Source: an uncultured Verrucomicrobiales bacterium (lineage in GTDB: Bacteria; Verrucomicrobiota; Verrucomicrobiia; Verrucomicrobiales; DEV007). From it: DNA of 64,000 nt. Of this stretch, positions 43,565 through 52,514 are shown one piece after another. The translations under genes were made by a program, and so were the position numbers. Position 1 is the stretch's first letter. Every line of letters begins with the position of its first letter. The notes under the pieces were generated by a model, which saw only the letters and a list, made by a program, of their open reading frames with translations, did no database searches and was not told where the DNA came from. The stretch covers positions 27,683-91,682 of the forward strand of contig CAZCRA010000002.1 of the NCBI GenBank assembly GCA_964500945.1. The letters run 5' to 3'.

Positions 43565-45088
43565 ATGCCCGAAATGAGCGTTCTCCGAAATCTTCCCGCG
43601 ATGCTGTTGTTACCGGCGACGATCGCCTGCGAAGCGGCCACCTTCAACGAAGACATCGCTCCGCTGATGCACGGCAGCTGTGTGGAATGTCATCGGCCGG
43701 GTCAGGCAGCTCCGTTTTCGCTGATTTCCTACGAGGAGGTCTACAAGAAATCCCGGACCATTCAACGCGTTCTCAAGACGGGCTACATGCCCCCATGGCA
43801 CCCGGTGGAATCTTCGATCCCCTTCGCCGGAAACCGAAAACTCGAGGCGGAACAAATCGAGCTGTTCGAGCGATGGGTCGAGGCCGGAATGCCGGAAGGA
43901 CCCGGTCAACATCCCAAGCCTCCCGTCTTCACTGAGGGGTGGCAACTCGGCGAACCGGATCTGATCGTCAGCATGGCGGCCGCGTTCCAGGTCCCAGCCG
44001 ACGGACCCGACGTCTACCGGAACTTCGCGCTGCCGATCCAGCTTCCCGAAGACCGGTGGGTCAAAGCCATCGAGATGCGGGCCAGCGCAAGAGAGGTGGT
44101 TCATCACTCCCTCTTCTTCCTCGACACCTCCGGAAGAGCGGCCCAGCAGGACGGGCAGGACGGCAAACCCGGATTCAACGGCATGTTCTTCCGGCGGAGC
44201 GGCTCTCTCGGCGGTTACGTCCCGGGCAGCACGGTCAAGCTTCTGCCGGATGGCCTTGCGATGCACCTTCCCGCCGGTTCGGATCTCGTTCTCGCCACCC
44301 ATTTCCATCCGAACGGGAAGCCGATGGCCGAAAAGAGCACGGTGGGATTCTATTTCGCGGAGGAGCCTCCCTCCCGCACTCTGGCCCAGATCCAGGTTCC
44401 ACCTGCCTTCGGCCGGGGAGCCGGAATCGACATCCCACCCGGCGATTCCGCCTACACCGTCTCGGATCGCTTCGAACTTCCCGTGGCCGTCGATGCCTAC
44501 ACCGTCGGAGGTCACGCACACTATTTGTGTGTTGAAATGAAGCTGCGCGCCCAGCTGCCGCATGGCGAAGCGCTGACCTTGCTCCATATCGACGACTGGG
44601 ATTTGAATTGGCAGGATCGTTACACCTTCCTGGAGCCGGTTCGGCTCCCAGCCGGCACGGTGCTCGAAACGACGCTCGTCTATGACAACAGTGCGGCGAA
44701 TCCGCGAAATCCGTTCCATCCGCCCAAACGGGTCCGATGGGGACGTGAGAGCACCGACGAGATGGGGAGCATTACGCTTTTAGTCAGTCCGGTCGATGGA
44801 GCCAGCGCCAGCGATCTCGCCCGCGCGGTGAGAATGCAGCAGGTGGAACTGCTGGGCAACGTCGTCCGGTCGCAAAGGGGAGCTGGACCGAGACGCTCAT
44901 CCGCTCGCGCCGGCTTCCTCGATCGCAACGGCGACGGGATCATCGAGGGAGACGAAATCCCCGAGCGATGGCGGGACCGTGTGCTCAGGCGTTTTGATTC
45001 GAACCGAAACGGAGCGATCGATCCGGACGAGCGGGAGGAGGCGCTTCGCCAAATCAATCCGGCCACCAACGAGGCGGAGAGCCCCTAA
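43565..45088 (+). CDS. Secreted CXXCH-motif plus copper type II monooxygenase-like protein with two C-terminal EF-hand loops
   Basis: A signal peptide is present. The heme-c-type motif is GSCVECHRPGQAAPFSLISYEE...GYMPPWHP. His clusters are VVHHSLFF, ATHFHPNGK and GGHAHYLCVEM. The EF loops are DRNGDGIIEGDE and DSNRNGAIDPDE. Confidence 0.65.
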   Translation: MPEMSVLRNLPAMLLLPATIACEAATFNEDIAPLMHGSCVECHRPGQAAPFSLISYEEVYKKSRTIQRVLKTGYMPPWHPVESSIPFAGNRKLEAEQIELFERWVEAGMPEGPGQHPKPPVFTEGWQLGEPDLIVSMAAAFQVPADGPDVYRNFALPIQLPEDRWVKAIEMRASAREVVHHSLFFLDTSGRAAQQDGQDGKPGFNGMFFRRSGSLGGYVPGSTVKLLPDGLAMHLPAGSDLVLATHFHPNGKPMAEKSTVGFYFAEEPPSRTLAQIQVPPAFGRGAGIDIPPGDSAYTVSDRFELPVAVDAYTVGGHAHYLCVEMKLRAQLPHGEALTLLHIDDWDLNWQDRYTFLEPVRLPAGTVLETTLVYDNSAANPRNPFHPPKRVRWGRESTDEMGSITLLVSPVDGASASDLARAVRMQQVELLGNVVRSQRGAGPRRSSARAGFLDRNGDGIIEGDEIPERWRDRVLRRFDSNRNGAIDPDEREEALRQINPATNEAESP

Positions 45089-45095
45089 CCGACTC

Positions 45096-46154
45096 CTAGA
45101 ACTCCGCTTCCTGGAGGACTGTCACGAGATCGTAGGCTGCCTGAAGTGTCCGGTCCTGGAGCGGCACGCGGTCGAAACGCGTCTCCTCACCCCGGGCTTT
45201 CGCGAGGTTGTAGTCGAGTTCCGGGTCGAACTGGTGGACCAGAGCGGCTTCATTCATCCTCGGCCGCGCCACTTCGAGAACGAATTCTTCCAGTGGCGTT
45301 TCTTTCGAGGCGGCAAACACCTGCTTCTTTGCTTCCAAATCCGCTTCAATGGCGAGGTCGGGCGCGATGCCCTTCGCAAAAAGACTCGAGCCGTCCGGCA
45401 GCAAAACTTCCGCGACCGCGTATTTCAGATCGAGTCCGGGCGCGAGAGGGTGGCGCCGGAACTCGACCGTTCGACCCGTCGTCGACTCGCCGACAACGAA
45501 AACGTCCGCAAACGATTCCAATCCCGCCAGAATCAGTTCCGCGGCCCGGCATGACTCCCGGTCGATGAGGGCGATGATTTTTTTCTCCCAACGGGCGTCC
45601 TGGATGCGCGAAATGAAAAGCTGGGGGCGCCCATCCTCGGTTTGGTCGAACTTGAACAGGATCCGATCGGGGGGCACGAAGCGGTCCAAAAAGCGCGCGG
45701 CAAACTCGAGGCTGGATTCCTCGGCTGGAACGCGCAGGTCGAGAAGAAGAATCTCCCGCTCGGTGCCCTCGAATCCCAGTAGCGCCTCGTCCACCGCAGC
45801 CAACTCATCCGGTTGGTAAGCGCTCAGTCGCAGGTAGGCTGAGGTGGCGCCCAACTCCGCGGCGAGAAAATCGCCTGCCTGAGCGGATGCTTCGCCATTT
45901 TCGCCATTTCCCGGAACGATGGAAACGCCGTCCCCAAGGTAGCGGACCAATCCCAGGAGTGCCGCCCGGTTGATCGTCTCGAAGTCCAACCTTTCCGCGT
46001 GCAGGTAATCGTTGCGCAAAACGCGGAAGGCTTCCTGAAGGTCCGCCTGGCCGAGAGCATCAACGCCTACCTCTTCATCCGCCTCGTCCTTGGCCACCGC
46101 TGCCTGCGCCGCCGTGAGCCAAAGGCAGATCATTCCGAACACGTGCCATCTCAT
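45096..46154 (-). CDS. S41 (C-terminal processing peptidase)-like protein, probably non-catalytic
   Basis: The start is trimmed to the ATG at 46154 (MRWHVFGMICLWLTAAQAAVA, a signal peptide), which overlaps the thiD stop (ATGA). The S41-like core is ILLLDLRVPAEESS...KIIALIDRESCRAAELILAGLESFADVFVVGESTTGRTVEF...LLPDGSSLFAKGIAPD. Confidence 0.6.
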   Translation of the reverse strand: MRWHVFGMICLWLTAAQAAVAKDEADEEVGVDALGQADLQEAFRVLRNDYLHAERLDFETINRAALLGLVRYLGDGVSIVPGNGENGEASAQAGDFLAAELGATSAYLRLSAYQPDELAAVDEALLGFEGTEREILLLDLRVPAEESSLEFAARFLDRFVPPDRILFKFDQTEDGRPQLFISRIQDARWEKKIIALIDRESCRAAELILAGLESFADVFVVGESTTGRTVEFRRHPLAPGLDLKYAVAEVLLPDGSSLFAKGIAPDLAIEADLEAKKQVFAASKETPLEEFVLEVARPRMNEAALVHQFDPELDYNLAKARGEETRFDRVPLQDRTLQAAYDLVTVLQEAEF

Positions 46155-46972
46155 GGGGAGATACACTGCATGCCGGAGGGGAAATGCGCCAGTCCAATTC
46201 CACGTTGACCATGGGCCGTCTCCCACTGCACGGCCTCGCGCATGGCAGCCTGCAGGTAGGCCCTGGCCGCCGTCACGGCTTCGATCAACGAATGACCCCG
46301 GGCCAGGTTCGCGGCGATGGCGGCGGAATAGGTGCACCCGCTCCCGTGGTAGGAGACTTCCGGGAGACGTTCTTCCCGGATCTCCTCCACCTCGCCATCG
46401 TGAGCCAACCAGTCCCTGGCCTCGGTGCCATCGAAGTGCCCTCCCTTGACGAGGACGGCCGTATTCCAGCGCTTCGACAAGGCCAAGGCGGCGTCGGGAC
46501 CGTCACCCGCATCCCTCAGAGGTTGCCCAAGAAACGCTTCGGTCTCGTCCCGGTTCGGCGTCACGATCGTGGCCCGCGCTTCGATCAGCGATTGCAAGGC
46601 CTCCGCGAAAGTTTCGCCTTCGGCCAGCCGGTCACCCGTTGATGCCACCAAGACGGGATCGACGACCATGCTCCCTTCAAAACTCGACAGCTGCTTCTCG
46701 ACGGCGCGCACGATTTCGGGTGTCCCCAAGAGTCCCGTCTTCAGGGCAGTCACTGGGAAGTGCTCAAGGAGAATCGCGAGTTGGGCTTCCACCATCGAAG
46801 CCTCCATCGGATCGATGCGGTCGACCCGCAGGGGTGACTCCGCAACAACGGACGTCACGACGGTGAGGCCATAAACGTGAAGTGCGGAGAACGTTTTGAG
46901 GTCCGCCTGCAAACCGGCGCCAGCGGAACAGTCCGACCCCGCGATGGACAGGGCGAAGGGAAGATCGGCCAT
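46151..46972 (-). CDS. thiD: Hydroxymethylpyrimidine/phosphomethylpyrimidine kinase
   Basis: The translation shows ALSIAGSDCSAGAGLQADLKTFSALHVYGLTVVT, KTGLLG, GGH and GSGCTYSAAIAANLARG. The start is trimmed to the ATG at 46972, because the longer track ORF would run into the tRNA. Confidence 0.9.
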   Translation of the reverse strand: MADLPFALSIAGSDCSAGAGLQADLKTFSALHVYGLTVVTSVVAESPLRVDRIDPMEASMVEAQLAILLEHFPVTALKTGLLGTPEIVRAVEKQLSSFEGSMVVDPVLVASTGDRLAEGETFAEALQSLIEARATIVTPNRDETEAFLGQPLRDAGDGPDAALALSKRWNTAVLVKGGHFDGTEARDWLAHDGEVEEIREERLPEVSYHGSGCTYSAAIAANLARGHSLIEAVTAARAYLQAAMREAVQWETAHGQRGIGLAHFPSGMQCISP

Positions 46973-47020
46973 GGGATCGGGGAATGCGCAAGCCCGTGAT
47001 GGCCTGAAGCGCACCGGGAA

Positions 47021-47092
47021 CTCCGGCAGTTGGATTCGAACCAACGACCTAGTGGTTAACAGCCACCCGCTCTACCGCTGAGCTATGCCGGA
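47021..47092 (-). tRNA. tRNA-Asn (anticodon GTT); the 3' CCA is not encoded
   Basis: The reverse complement reads TCCGGCA-TA-GCTC-AGCGGT-AGAGC-G-GGTGG-CTGTTAA-CCACT-AGGTC-GTTGG-TTCGAAT-CCAAC-TGCCGGA-G. It has a 7-bp acceptor stem, a T-loop TTCGAAT and an anticodon loop CT-GTT-AA. The bases following the discriminator are TTC, not CCA. Confidence 0.9.
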
Positions 47093-47170
47093 AGGTCGGT
47101 TTCCGCGTGAGCGGAGGGAGGGTAGCATGCGGCATCGCGACGCGGATGCAACCGCTTTTTGAGAAGGGCA

Positions 47171-47515
47171 CTAACCCGGTGGCCAGGTCAGGGGACGGCC
47201 AGCCAGGAGGTGGACGTGCAGGTGTGGGACACTTTCACCGCCATCGCGGCCGTGGTTGATCACGAGGCGATAGCCTTGCTCGGTCGAATTCAGACCAAGA
47301 TCTTGGGCCGCCTTGGCCGCCGTCAGGAGCAGGTGACCAAGGAGAGCCGCATCTTCTTCCTCCGCCTCACCAATCCGTGGGATCACCTTCTTGGGCACGA
47401 TCAGAAGATGGGTCGGCGCCTGAGGGTTGATGTCCCGGAGCACGGCACAGTGATCGTCCTCGTGAAGGATCTCGGCTGGAATCTCCTGGGCGATGATCTT
47501 TTCGAAGATGGTCAT
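47171..47515 (-). CDS. HIT-family nucleotide hydrolase (HinT-like)
   Basis: The translation shows MTIFEKIIAQEIPAEILHEDDHCAVLRDINPQAPTHLLIVPKK and the histidine triad SVPHLHVHLLAG. Confidence 0.9.
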   Translation of the reverse strand: MTIFEKIIAQEIPAEILHEDDHCAVLRDINPQAPTHLLIVPKKVIPRIGEAEEEDAALLGHLLLTAAKAAQDLGLNSTEQGYRLVINHGRDGGESVPHLHVHLLAGRPLTWPPG

Positions 47516-47533
47516 GGCGGTCGCAGCTTCTCC

Positions 47534-48097
47534 TCAGGAAACCACCAGCGCAACCTGACGATCGTCCGGAGCGGAACGTGCGACGTCCAACGACATGAAT
47601 TCGAGGATCTCACTGGCGAGACGATCGCAGCGCCGGCACCAGCGTTTGGCGCCGGAGATCTTCGAGACGGCGCGCTTCAGGTCGGAGATCACGATCCGGT
47701 TCACGGGCTGCCGGGTGACGGTGCGGAGTTCCTCACCGAGCAACCCGAAGAACGAAAGCTCGAAACCTGAACCGGCTTCCTCGGCCAGCTCTTCGAGCGA
47801 AATGCGAGAGGCTGGCATGCTCGGCTGAAGGTTGCCGGCGACGTGGGGAAAGCCCACCGCAGTAAGTGTCCGGCGCATCTTGAGAAAGAGTTCGTCGATA
47901 TCAATGGATGTCCCAGGGAAGGACTCCTTCAGGTAAATCGCGATGCCTTCGGCGATGTGTTCGGCGAACCAGGTGTCGTCCATTCCCGTGCGCTCGGCGG
48001 CATCGCGAATGAGATCGAGCAACCAGGACTCTTCGTATCTGAGGACCTCGCCCCGCTGATTTCGGAGGAGGGGGAGTTGTTCGTGCAGCGTGATCAA
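47534..48097 (-). CDS. Hypothetical protein (187 aa)
   Basis: The ORF is clean and has coding-like codon usage. It lies between nrdR and the HIT gene on the same strand. I recognise no motif. Confidence 0.5.
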   Translation of the reverse strand: MITLHEQLPLLRNQRGEVLRYEESWLLDLIRDAAERTGMDDTWFAEHIAEGIAIYLKESFPGTSIDIDELFLKMRRTLTAVGFPHVAGNLQPSMPASRISLEELAEEAGSGFELSFFGLLGEELRTVTRQPVNRIVISDLKRAVSKISGAKRWCRRCDRLASEILEFMSLDVARSAPDDRQVALVVS

Positions 48098-48190
48098 AAT
48101 GGCGTGTCTGTTAGGGTTCGGAGAGCAATACTCGGGTGGGTTTGTCGCGATGCAAGGCGCGAATCGGAATGGGATGCAGAGGCGGGAATC

Positions 48191-48688
48191 TTACCCCCGC
48201 TCGACGAAAAGCTCCGGGTGAGTCCGTCCCGGGACCGGGTTCCGGCTCAAGGACTGAATTTCGTCGATGAACTCGCCGACGTCGGCAAACTGCCGGTAGA
48301 CGGAGGCGTAGCGGACGTAGGCCACCGGATCGATGGACTGAAGTTGCTTCATGACGAGGGGACCGATCATCCGGGTCGGGATTTCCCGCATCGAACTGGC
48401 CGTGAGTTCGTCCACGATATTCTCCACCGCGGCCTCCAACTCGTCGATGGAGACAGGCCGCTTTTCGCAGGCCTTCAGGAGCCCGGAAAGGAGTTTGTCC
48501 CGATCAAACGATTCCCGGTTCCCATCCCGCTTGATCACCCGCAACTCGGTTTGCTCCAGCTGTTCATACGTGGTGAACCGGTGGCCGCAACCCGTGCATT
48601 CGCGCCTGCGGCGGATGAGAGTTCCGTCGCGCGCAGCCCTCGAATCGATGACCTTATCCTCCAGGCTCTTACACTTGATGCACCTCAT
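48191..48688 (-). CDS. nrdR: Transcriptional repressor NrdR (zinc ribbon plus ATP-cone)
   Basis: The translation shows MRCIKCKSLEDKVIDSRAARDGTLIRRRRECTGCGHRFTTYE, followed by the ATP-cone VIKRDGNRESFDRDKL. Confidence 0.95.
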   Translation of the reverse strand: MRCIKCKSLEDKVIDSRAARDGTLIRRRRECTGCGHRFTTYEQLEQTELRVIKRDGNRESFDRDKLLSGLLKACEKRPVSIDELEAAVENIVDELTASSMREIPTRMIGPLVMKQLQSIDPVAYVRYASVYRQFADVGEFIDEIQSLSRNPVPGRTHPELFVERG

Positions 48689-48717
48689 ATGGCGTGATCG
48701 TCACGCAATGAGCCTTG

Positions 48718-48766
48718 CATCCACATCTTGTGGCGTCAAAGGGAAATTGGCCCCAATATCTTGTGG
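48718..48766. promoter_or_regulatory. Putative tandem NrdR boxes upstream of nrdR
   Basis: ATCTTGTGG occurs twice, at 48725-48733 and 48758-48766, 33 bp apart. The 16-mer at 48751-48766 (CCCCAATATCTTGTGG) matches the NrdR-box consensus acaCwAtATaTwGtgt, as I recall it, at 12 of 16 positions. The 13-mer at 48721-48733 (CCACATCTTGTGG) is an inverted repeat. The site lies 30-80 nt upstream of the nrdR ATG. Confidence 0.4.
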
Positions 48767-48818
48767 GCGGCATTGTAAGGGAAGCCCTTTGGCACCGAAG
48801 CCTTCCTTCAGCGCTTGG

Positions 48819-51365
48819 TCATGAAGCCGATGCCGGTTTTTTCTGGGCACCTTTTTTCTTGGCCGACTTTTTGGCCGAGGGAGGCCGCGGCGGGAATTCC
48901 CAGTCGACGAAACGGCGTCCATTCTGATTGAGGATCAGGTGGGCCTTGAACGGGCGTCCCTTCTTCGAGATGAACGTTTCGATGAGCGGACTCTTGCCCT
49001 CCTTGAAGAAGGCCTCCGCTTCGGCGCGCGTGATCGCATGCTTGCACATCTCCTTCGGCAGTCGCGCCTTGCAATCACCGCTCCCATTGCGGTCGCAGAC
49101 GTACGCCGCTCCCGTCTCGTGGATTTTGCCTTCGCAAACCGGACAATCCATCATCACGTTGTCGCTCCGCTGGGCCTCTTCGATCTCGCGCTCTTTCTCC
49201 TGGGATTTCTCGGTCACGAACTTCACTTTCCCAGCGTCATCCAGCTCGAGCGCGGCGTCGAAATCCTTACCAAGCCGGCTGCGAAAGCCGCTCATTTTCG
49301 GAAGATGGCGGTCCCGTAGGAGCGTCGTGATCTCCTTCTCGGTCATTTCCCGGCTGGCGATTGTCTTCCAGACGCTGAACTTGCAATCCGGCGCCGTGCA
49401 CCGGTAGGAACCCTCGTCCTGCTTCAACGGGCGGTTGTCACAGAGAGGGCAGGGAATGTCCAGCGGTTCGTAAACCGTTTGCTTGGCGGCCTGAGCGGAG
49501 GTTTTGGCTCTTTCGACGACGTCGACCGTCAGATCCCGGATATCGCGCATGAAGGCGTCCCTCGGCAATTCGCCGTGCTCCATCCGTTTGAGCTTCTGCT
49601 CCCACTGACCGGTCATTTCGGGTGAGTAAAGGATGTCGATCCCGATTCGCTCCAGCACATCGATCAGTTTTCGCGCGCTGGGTGTCGGCACCAATTCCTT
49701 CTCATTCCGAACCACATACTTGTCCGAAATCAAACCCTCCAGGATGGCAGCCCGGGTGGCTGGAGTGCCCAACCCACGCTCGGCCATCGCCTCGCGCAAT
49801 TCCTCGTCGTCAACGAGCTTGCCCGCCCCTTCCATCGCCGAGAGGATCGTCGCCTCGGTGAAGCGGGGAGGCGGCTTGGTGGTCTTGGATTCTGGCCGGA
49901 TTTCCACGGTCGATGCGCCTTCGCCCGGGGTGATGGGAACCAACTCGTCATCTTTTCCGCCCGCGGACTTCCCGTAAACTTCGCGCCAGCCCGGAACCTT
50001 GAGCACTTTGCCTTCGGTCTTGAAGGCGTCGCCCCCGATCCGGGTGATGCGCGTCGTGATTTCGAACTCGGCCGCCGGATAGAAGATGGCGATGAAGCGC
50101 TGGACGACCATGCCGTAGAGCTTCATTTCCGCTTCATCGAGCCGTTTTGGGATTTGACCCGTCGGGATGATGGCGAAGTGATCGCTGACTTTCCGGTCAT
50201 CGAAGATCCGTGGATTCGGCCGGACCCAATTCTGGTCGAGCGCCTTTCCGGCGAATCGTGGAGCTCCTTCCGGCAGCGGACCGCCCTGGGCACTCTGGAT
50301 GTCACCAAGTGCACCTTTCACCACGCCGACGTAGTCGCCGGGCAGATATCGTGAATCCGTTCTCGGGTAAGTGAGAGCCTTGTGCCGCTCGTAAAGGCTC
50401 TGCGCGAGTTGAAGGGTCCGGCGCGCGCTGAATCCAAACCGGTTGCTGGCCTCGCGCTGCAGGCTGGTCAGGTCGTAGAGCGAAGGAGGGGCCTGCTTGG
50501 ACGGTTTGATCTTCTGCTCGATCTCTCCCTCTTTCCCCCGGCAGCGGTCGACGATGGCCTGCGCCTCTTCCTCGCTCCAAACGCGCTCGGCGCGGTCGTG
50601 CTCGTCCTCGGCGTTCTTCTTCCACTTCTCATCGAACCAACGCCCCGGATAAACCCCGGCTGCGACGGCGAAATCGGCGTGAATCTCGAAGTAATCGCGT
50701 GGTTCGAACGCCAGAATTTCATTCTCGCGATGCACCATGATGGCCAGTGTCGGTGTCTTTACACGCCCGACCGGCGTCTTGCTGAATCCCCCATAGCGAG
50801 AGTTGAATGCGGTCAGGGCGCGGGTGCCGTTGATGCCGACCAACCAGTCGCTCTCCGACCGGCAGCGCGCGGCGTCGGCCAAAGGCAGGAGTTCCTCGTC
50901 CCGTCTCAAATTCTGGTAAGCCTCGGTGATGGCTTTGGTGGTCATCGATTGCATCCACATCCGGCACATCGGCTTCTCAACCCCGGCTGCCTCAACCAGA
51001 TAGCGGAAGATCAGTTCCCCCTCGCGCCCCGCATCGCAGGCGTTCACGATTTCGGAAACGTCTTTCCGCTTCATCAGCTTCACGAGAAGCTTCAGCCGCG
51101 ACTTCGTATCCTCGATCGGTTGTAACTCAAAGTGGTCCGGCAGGATCGGCAGATGCTCGAAATTCCATTTCAGCCGGGCACCGGTTTGCGCGTTCGGCAT
51201 GCAGAGCTCGACCAAGTGTCCCAACGACGATGAAATGACGACGTGCTCGCTTTCGAAATAGTCTTTTTCCTTCTGAAATCGTCCGACTTCCGGCAGTTTT
51301 CCCAGGGCGCGACTGAGGTCTTGAGCGACGCTGGGCTTCTCGGCAATGATGAGTATCTTCGACAT
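48819..51365 (-). CDS. topB: DNA topoisomerase III with C-terminal zinc-ribbon repeats
   Basis: The translation shows MSKILIIAEKPSVAQDL, ACDAGREGELIF, RSESDWLVGINGTRA and the active-site region ALTYPRTDSRYL. C-terminal CxxC pairs are present (CPLCDN...CTAPDC and CPVCEG...). Confidence 0.9.
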   Translation of the reverse strand: MSKILIIAEKPSVAQDLSRALGKLPEVGRFQKEKDYFESEHVVISSSLGHLVELCMPNAQTGARLKWNFEHLPILPDHFELQPIEDTKSRLKLLVKLMKRKDVSEIVNACDAGREGELIFRYLVEAAGVEKPMCRMWMQSMTTKAITEAYQNLRRDEELLPLADAARCRSESDWLVGINGTRALTAFNSRYGGFSKTPVGRVKTPTLAIMVHRENEILAFEPRDYFEIHADFAVAAGVYPGRWFDEKWKKNAEDEHDRAERVWSEEEAQAIVDRCRGKEGEIEQKIKPSKQAPPSLYDLTSLQREASNRFGFSARRTLQLAQSLYERHKALTYPRTDSRYLPGDYVGVVKGALGDIQSAQGGPLPEGAPRFAGKALDQNWVRPNPRIFDDRKVSDHFAIIPTGQIPKRLDEAEMKLYGMVVQRFIAIFYPAAEFEITTRITRIGGDAFKTEGKVLKVPGWREVYGKSAGGKDDELVPITPGEGASTVEIRPESKTTKPPPRFTEATILSAMEGAGKLVDDEELREAMAERGLGTPATRAAILEGLISDKYVVRNEKELVPTPSARKLIDVLERIGIDILYSPEMTGQWEQKLKRMEHGELPRDAFMRDIRDLTVDVVERAKTSAQAAKQTVYEPLDIPCPLCDNRPLKQDEGSYRCTAPDCKFSVWKTIASREMTEKEITTLLRDRHLPKMSGFRSRLGKDFDAALELDDAGKVKFVTEKSQEKEREIEEAQRSDNVMMDCPVCEGKIHETGAAYVCDRNGSGDCKARLPKEMCKHAITRAEAEAFFKEGKSPLIETFISKKGRPFKAHLILNQNGRRFVDWEFPPRPPSAKKSAKKKGAQKKPASAS

Positions 51366-51387
51366 GTAACAGGGAGGATCGACGGGT

Positions 51388-52497
51388 CTAGTCCCGAGCG
51401 TAAGACTGCCCCGGCCCCTGTCGAATCAGGCGCCGGAGCTGCAGGCGCATCAGGGTAGAAGACACGGTTGAGGGTGGCAAACCGGTTTTTTGAACAACCC
51501 TTTCGACGCTCGTTTCTTCCCTCCCGATGCTGTCCAACACGCTACGCTCTTCCGCAGAAAGCTGGATGTCGGGCAATTCCAGGCCCGGCAATTCCGGCAT
51601 TTCTCTATCCGGCTCGCGCCCCGTCGGTGGCCCGCCCCACTCCAGGTCCTCGGCCAGATCTTCGAAGGAGCGAACCAGCCGCGCCCCATCCCGGATCAAC
51701 GAATTCGGCCCGGCTGAACCCGGGCGATCGATCGGGCCCGGCACGGCGAAGACGTCACGATTCTGATCGAGCGCCGCCTTGGCGGTAAGCATCGACCCGC
51801 TCTTCAAATTCCCTTCGGTGATCAGGATCCCCCGGCACAAACCACTGACCGTCAGGTTTCGCGCCGGAAATAGGCGAGGTTCGGCCTTGGTGTCCATCGC
51901 GAACTGGGAAATGAGAGCACCTTGCCGGGTGATCTGCTCGGCGAGTGCCGCGTTCTCCGGGGGATAAAGCCGGTTCAATCCACTGCCCAGAACGGCCAGC
52001 GTCCTTCCGCCCGCCGCCAGCGCCGCTTCGTGAGCTGCCGTGTCGACGCCATACGCCAAGCCACTCACCACGGTGAAACCTGCTCGAGCGATTTGAAAAC
52101 TCAGCCGTCGCGTGGCTTCCCGGCCGTAACGCGTCATCTGCCGCGTACCCACCACGGCGATCGATTGGGCATCCGAAGGCGACAGGCTGCCGCGAACGTA
52201 AATCGCCACGGGTGGCGAGTGGATTTGCCGAAGCAAAGCCGGGTAATCCTCATCCGCCCAGGTGACCACTCTGGCGTCGCCGCTTCGAACCGCCTCCCAT
52301 TCGGCCGGCAAATCGACTTGCTCTTCCCAGGTCGAAACCACCGTGGCGAGCTTGCCACCGAGAACGGCGCGAAGGTCGGAGCGGGACGCGGCCAAAGCCG
52401 AGGCGGCGGTGCGGAAATGGTCCAGCAGGTCCCGGGTCCGGAGTGGACCGATTCCCGGCAAGAGGTGGAAAACCAGAAGCGCCGAACGTTCTTCCAT
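51388..52497 (-). CDS. dprA: DNA-processing protein DprA (Smf)
   Basis: The translation shows LLPGIGPLRTRDLL, IAVVGTRQMTRYG, VVSGLAYGVDTAAHEAAL, AVLGSGL and GSMLTAKAALDQNRDVFAVPG. Confidence 0.9.
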   Translation of the reverse strand: MEERSALLVFHLLPGIGPLRTRDLLDHFRTAASALAASRSDLRAVLGGKLATVVSTWEEQVDLPAEWEAVRSGDARVVTWADEDYPALLRQIHSPPVAIYVRGSLSPSDAQSIAVVGTRQMTRYGREATRRLSFQIARAGFTVVSGLAYGVDTAAHEAALAAGGRTLAVLGSGLNRLYPPENAALAEQITRQGALISQFAMDTKAEPRLFPARNLTVSGLCRGILITEGNLKSGSMLTAKAALDQNRDVFAVPGPIDRPGSAGPNSLIRDGARLVRSFEDLAEDLEWGGPPTGREPDREMPELPGLELPDIQLSAEERSVLDSIGREETSVERVVQKTGLPPSTVSSTLMRLQLRRLIRQGPGQSYARD

Positions 52498-52514
52498 TTC
52501 CCCGCCAAGTTTCT

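Noticed and set aside
47021-47092. tRNA-Asn as a possible genomic-island integration site.
   Set aside because: It is flanked by thiD and a HIT gene on the same strand. I found no integrase, no direct repeat of the tRNA 3' end and no compositional shift.
47130-47165. A hairpin plus T-run (GCGGATGCAACCGCTTTTT) resembling an intrinsic terminator.
   Set aside because: The stem is only 4 bp. It is on the + strand, where no gene ends upstream. It more likely lies in the tRNA promoter or HIT-gene trailer region by chance.
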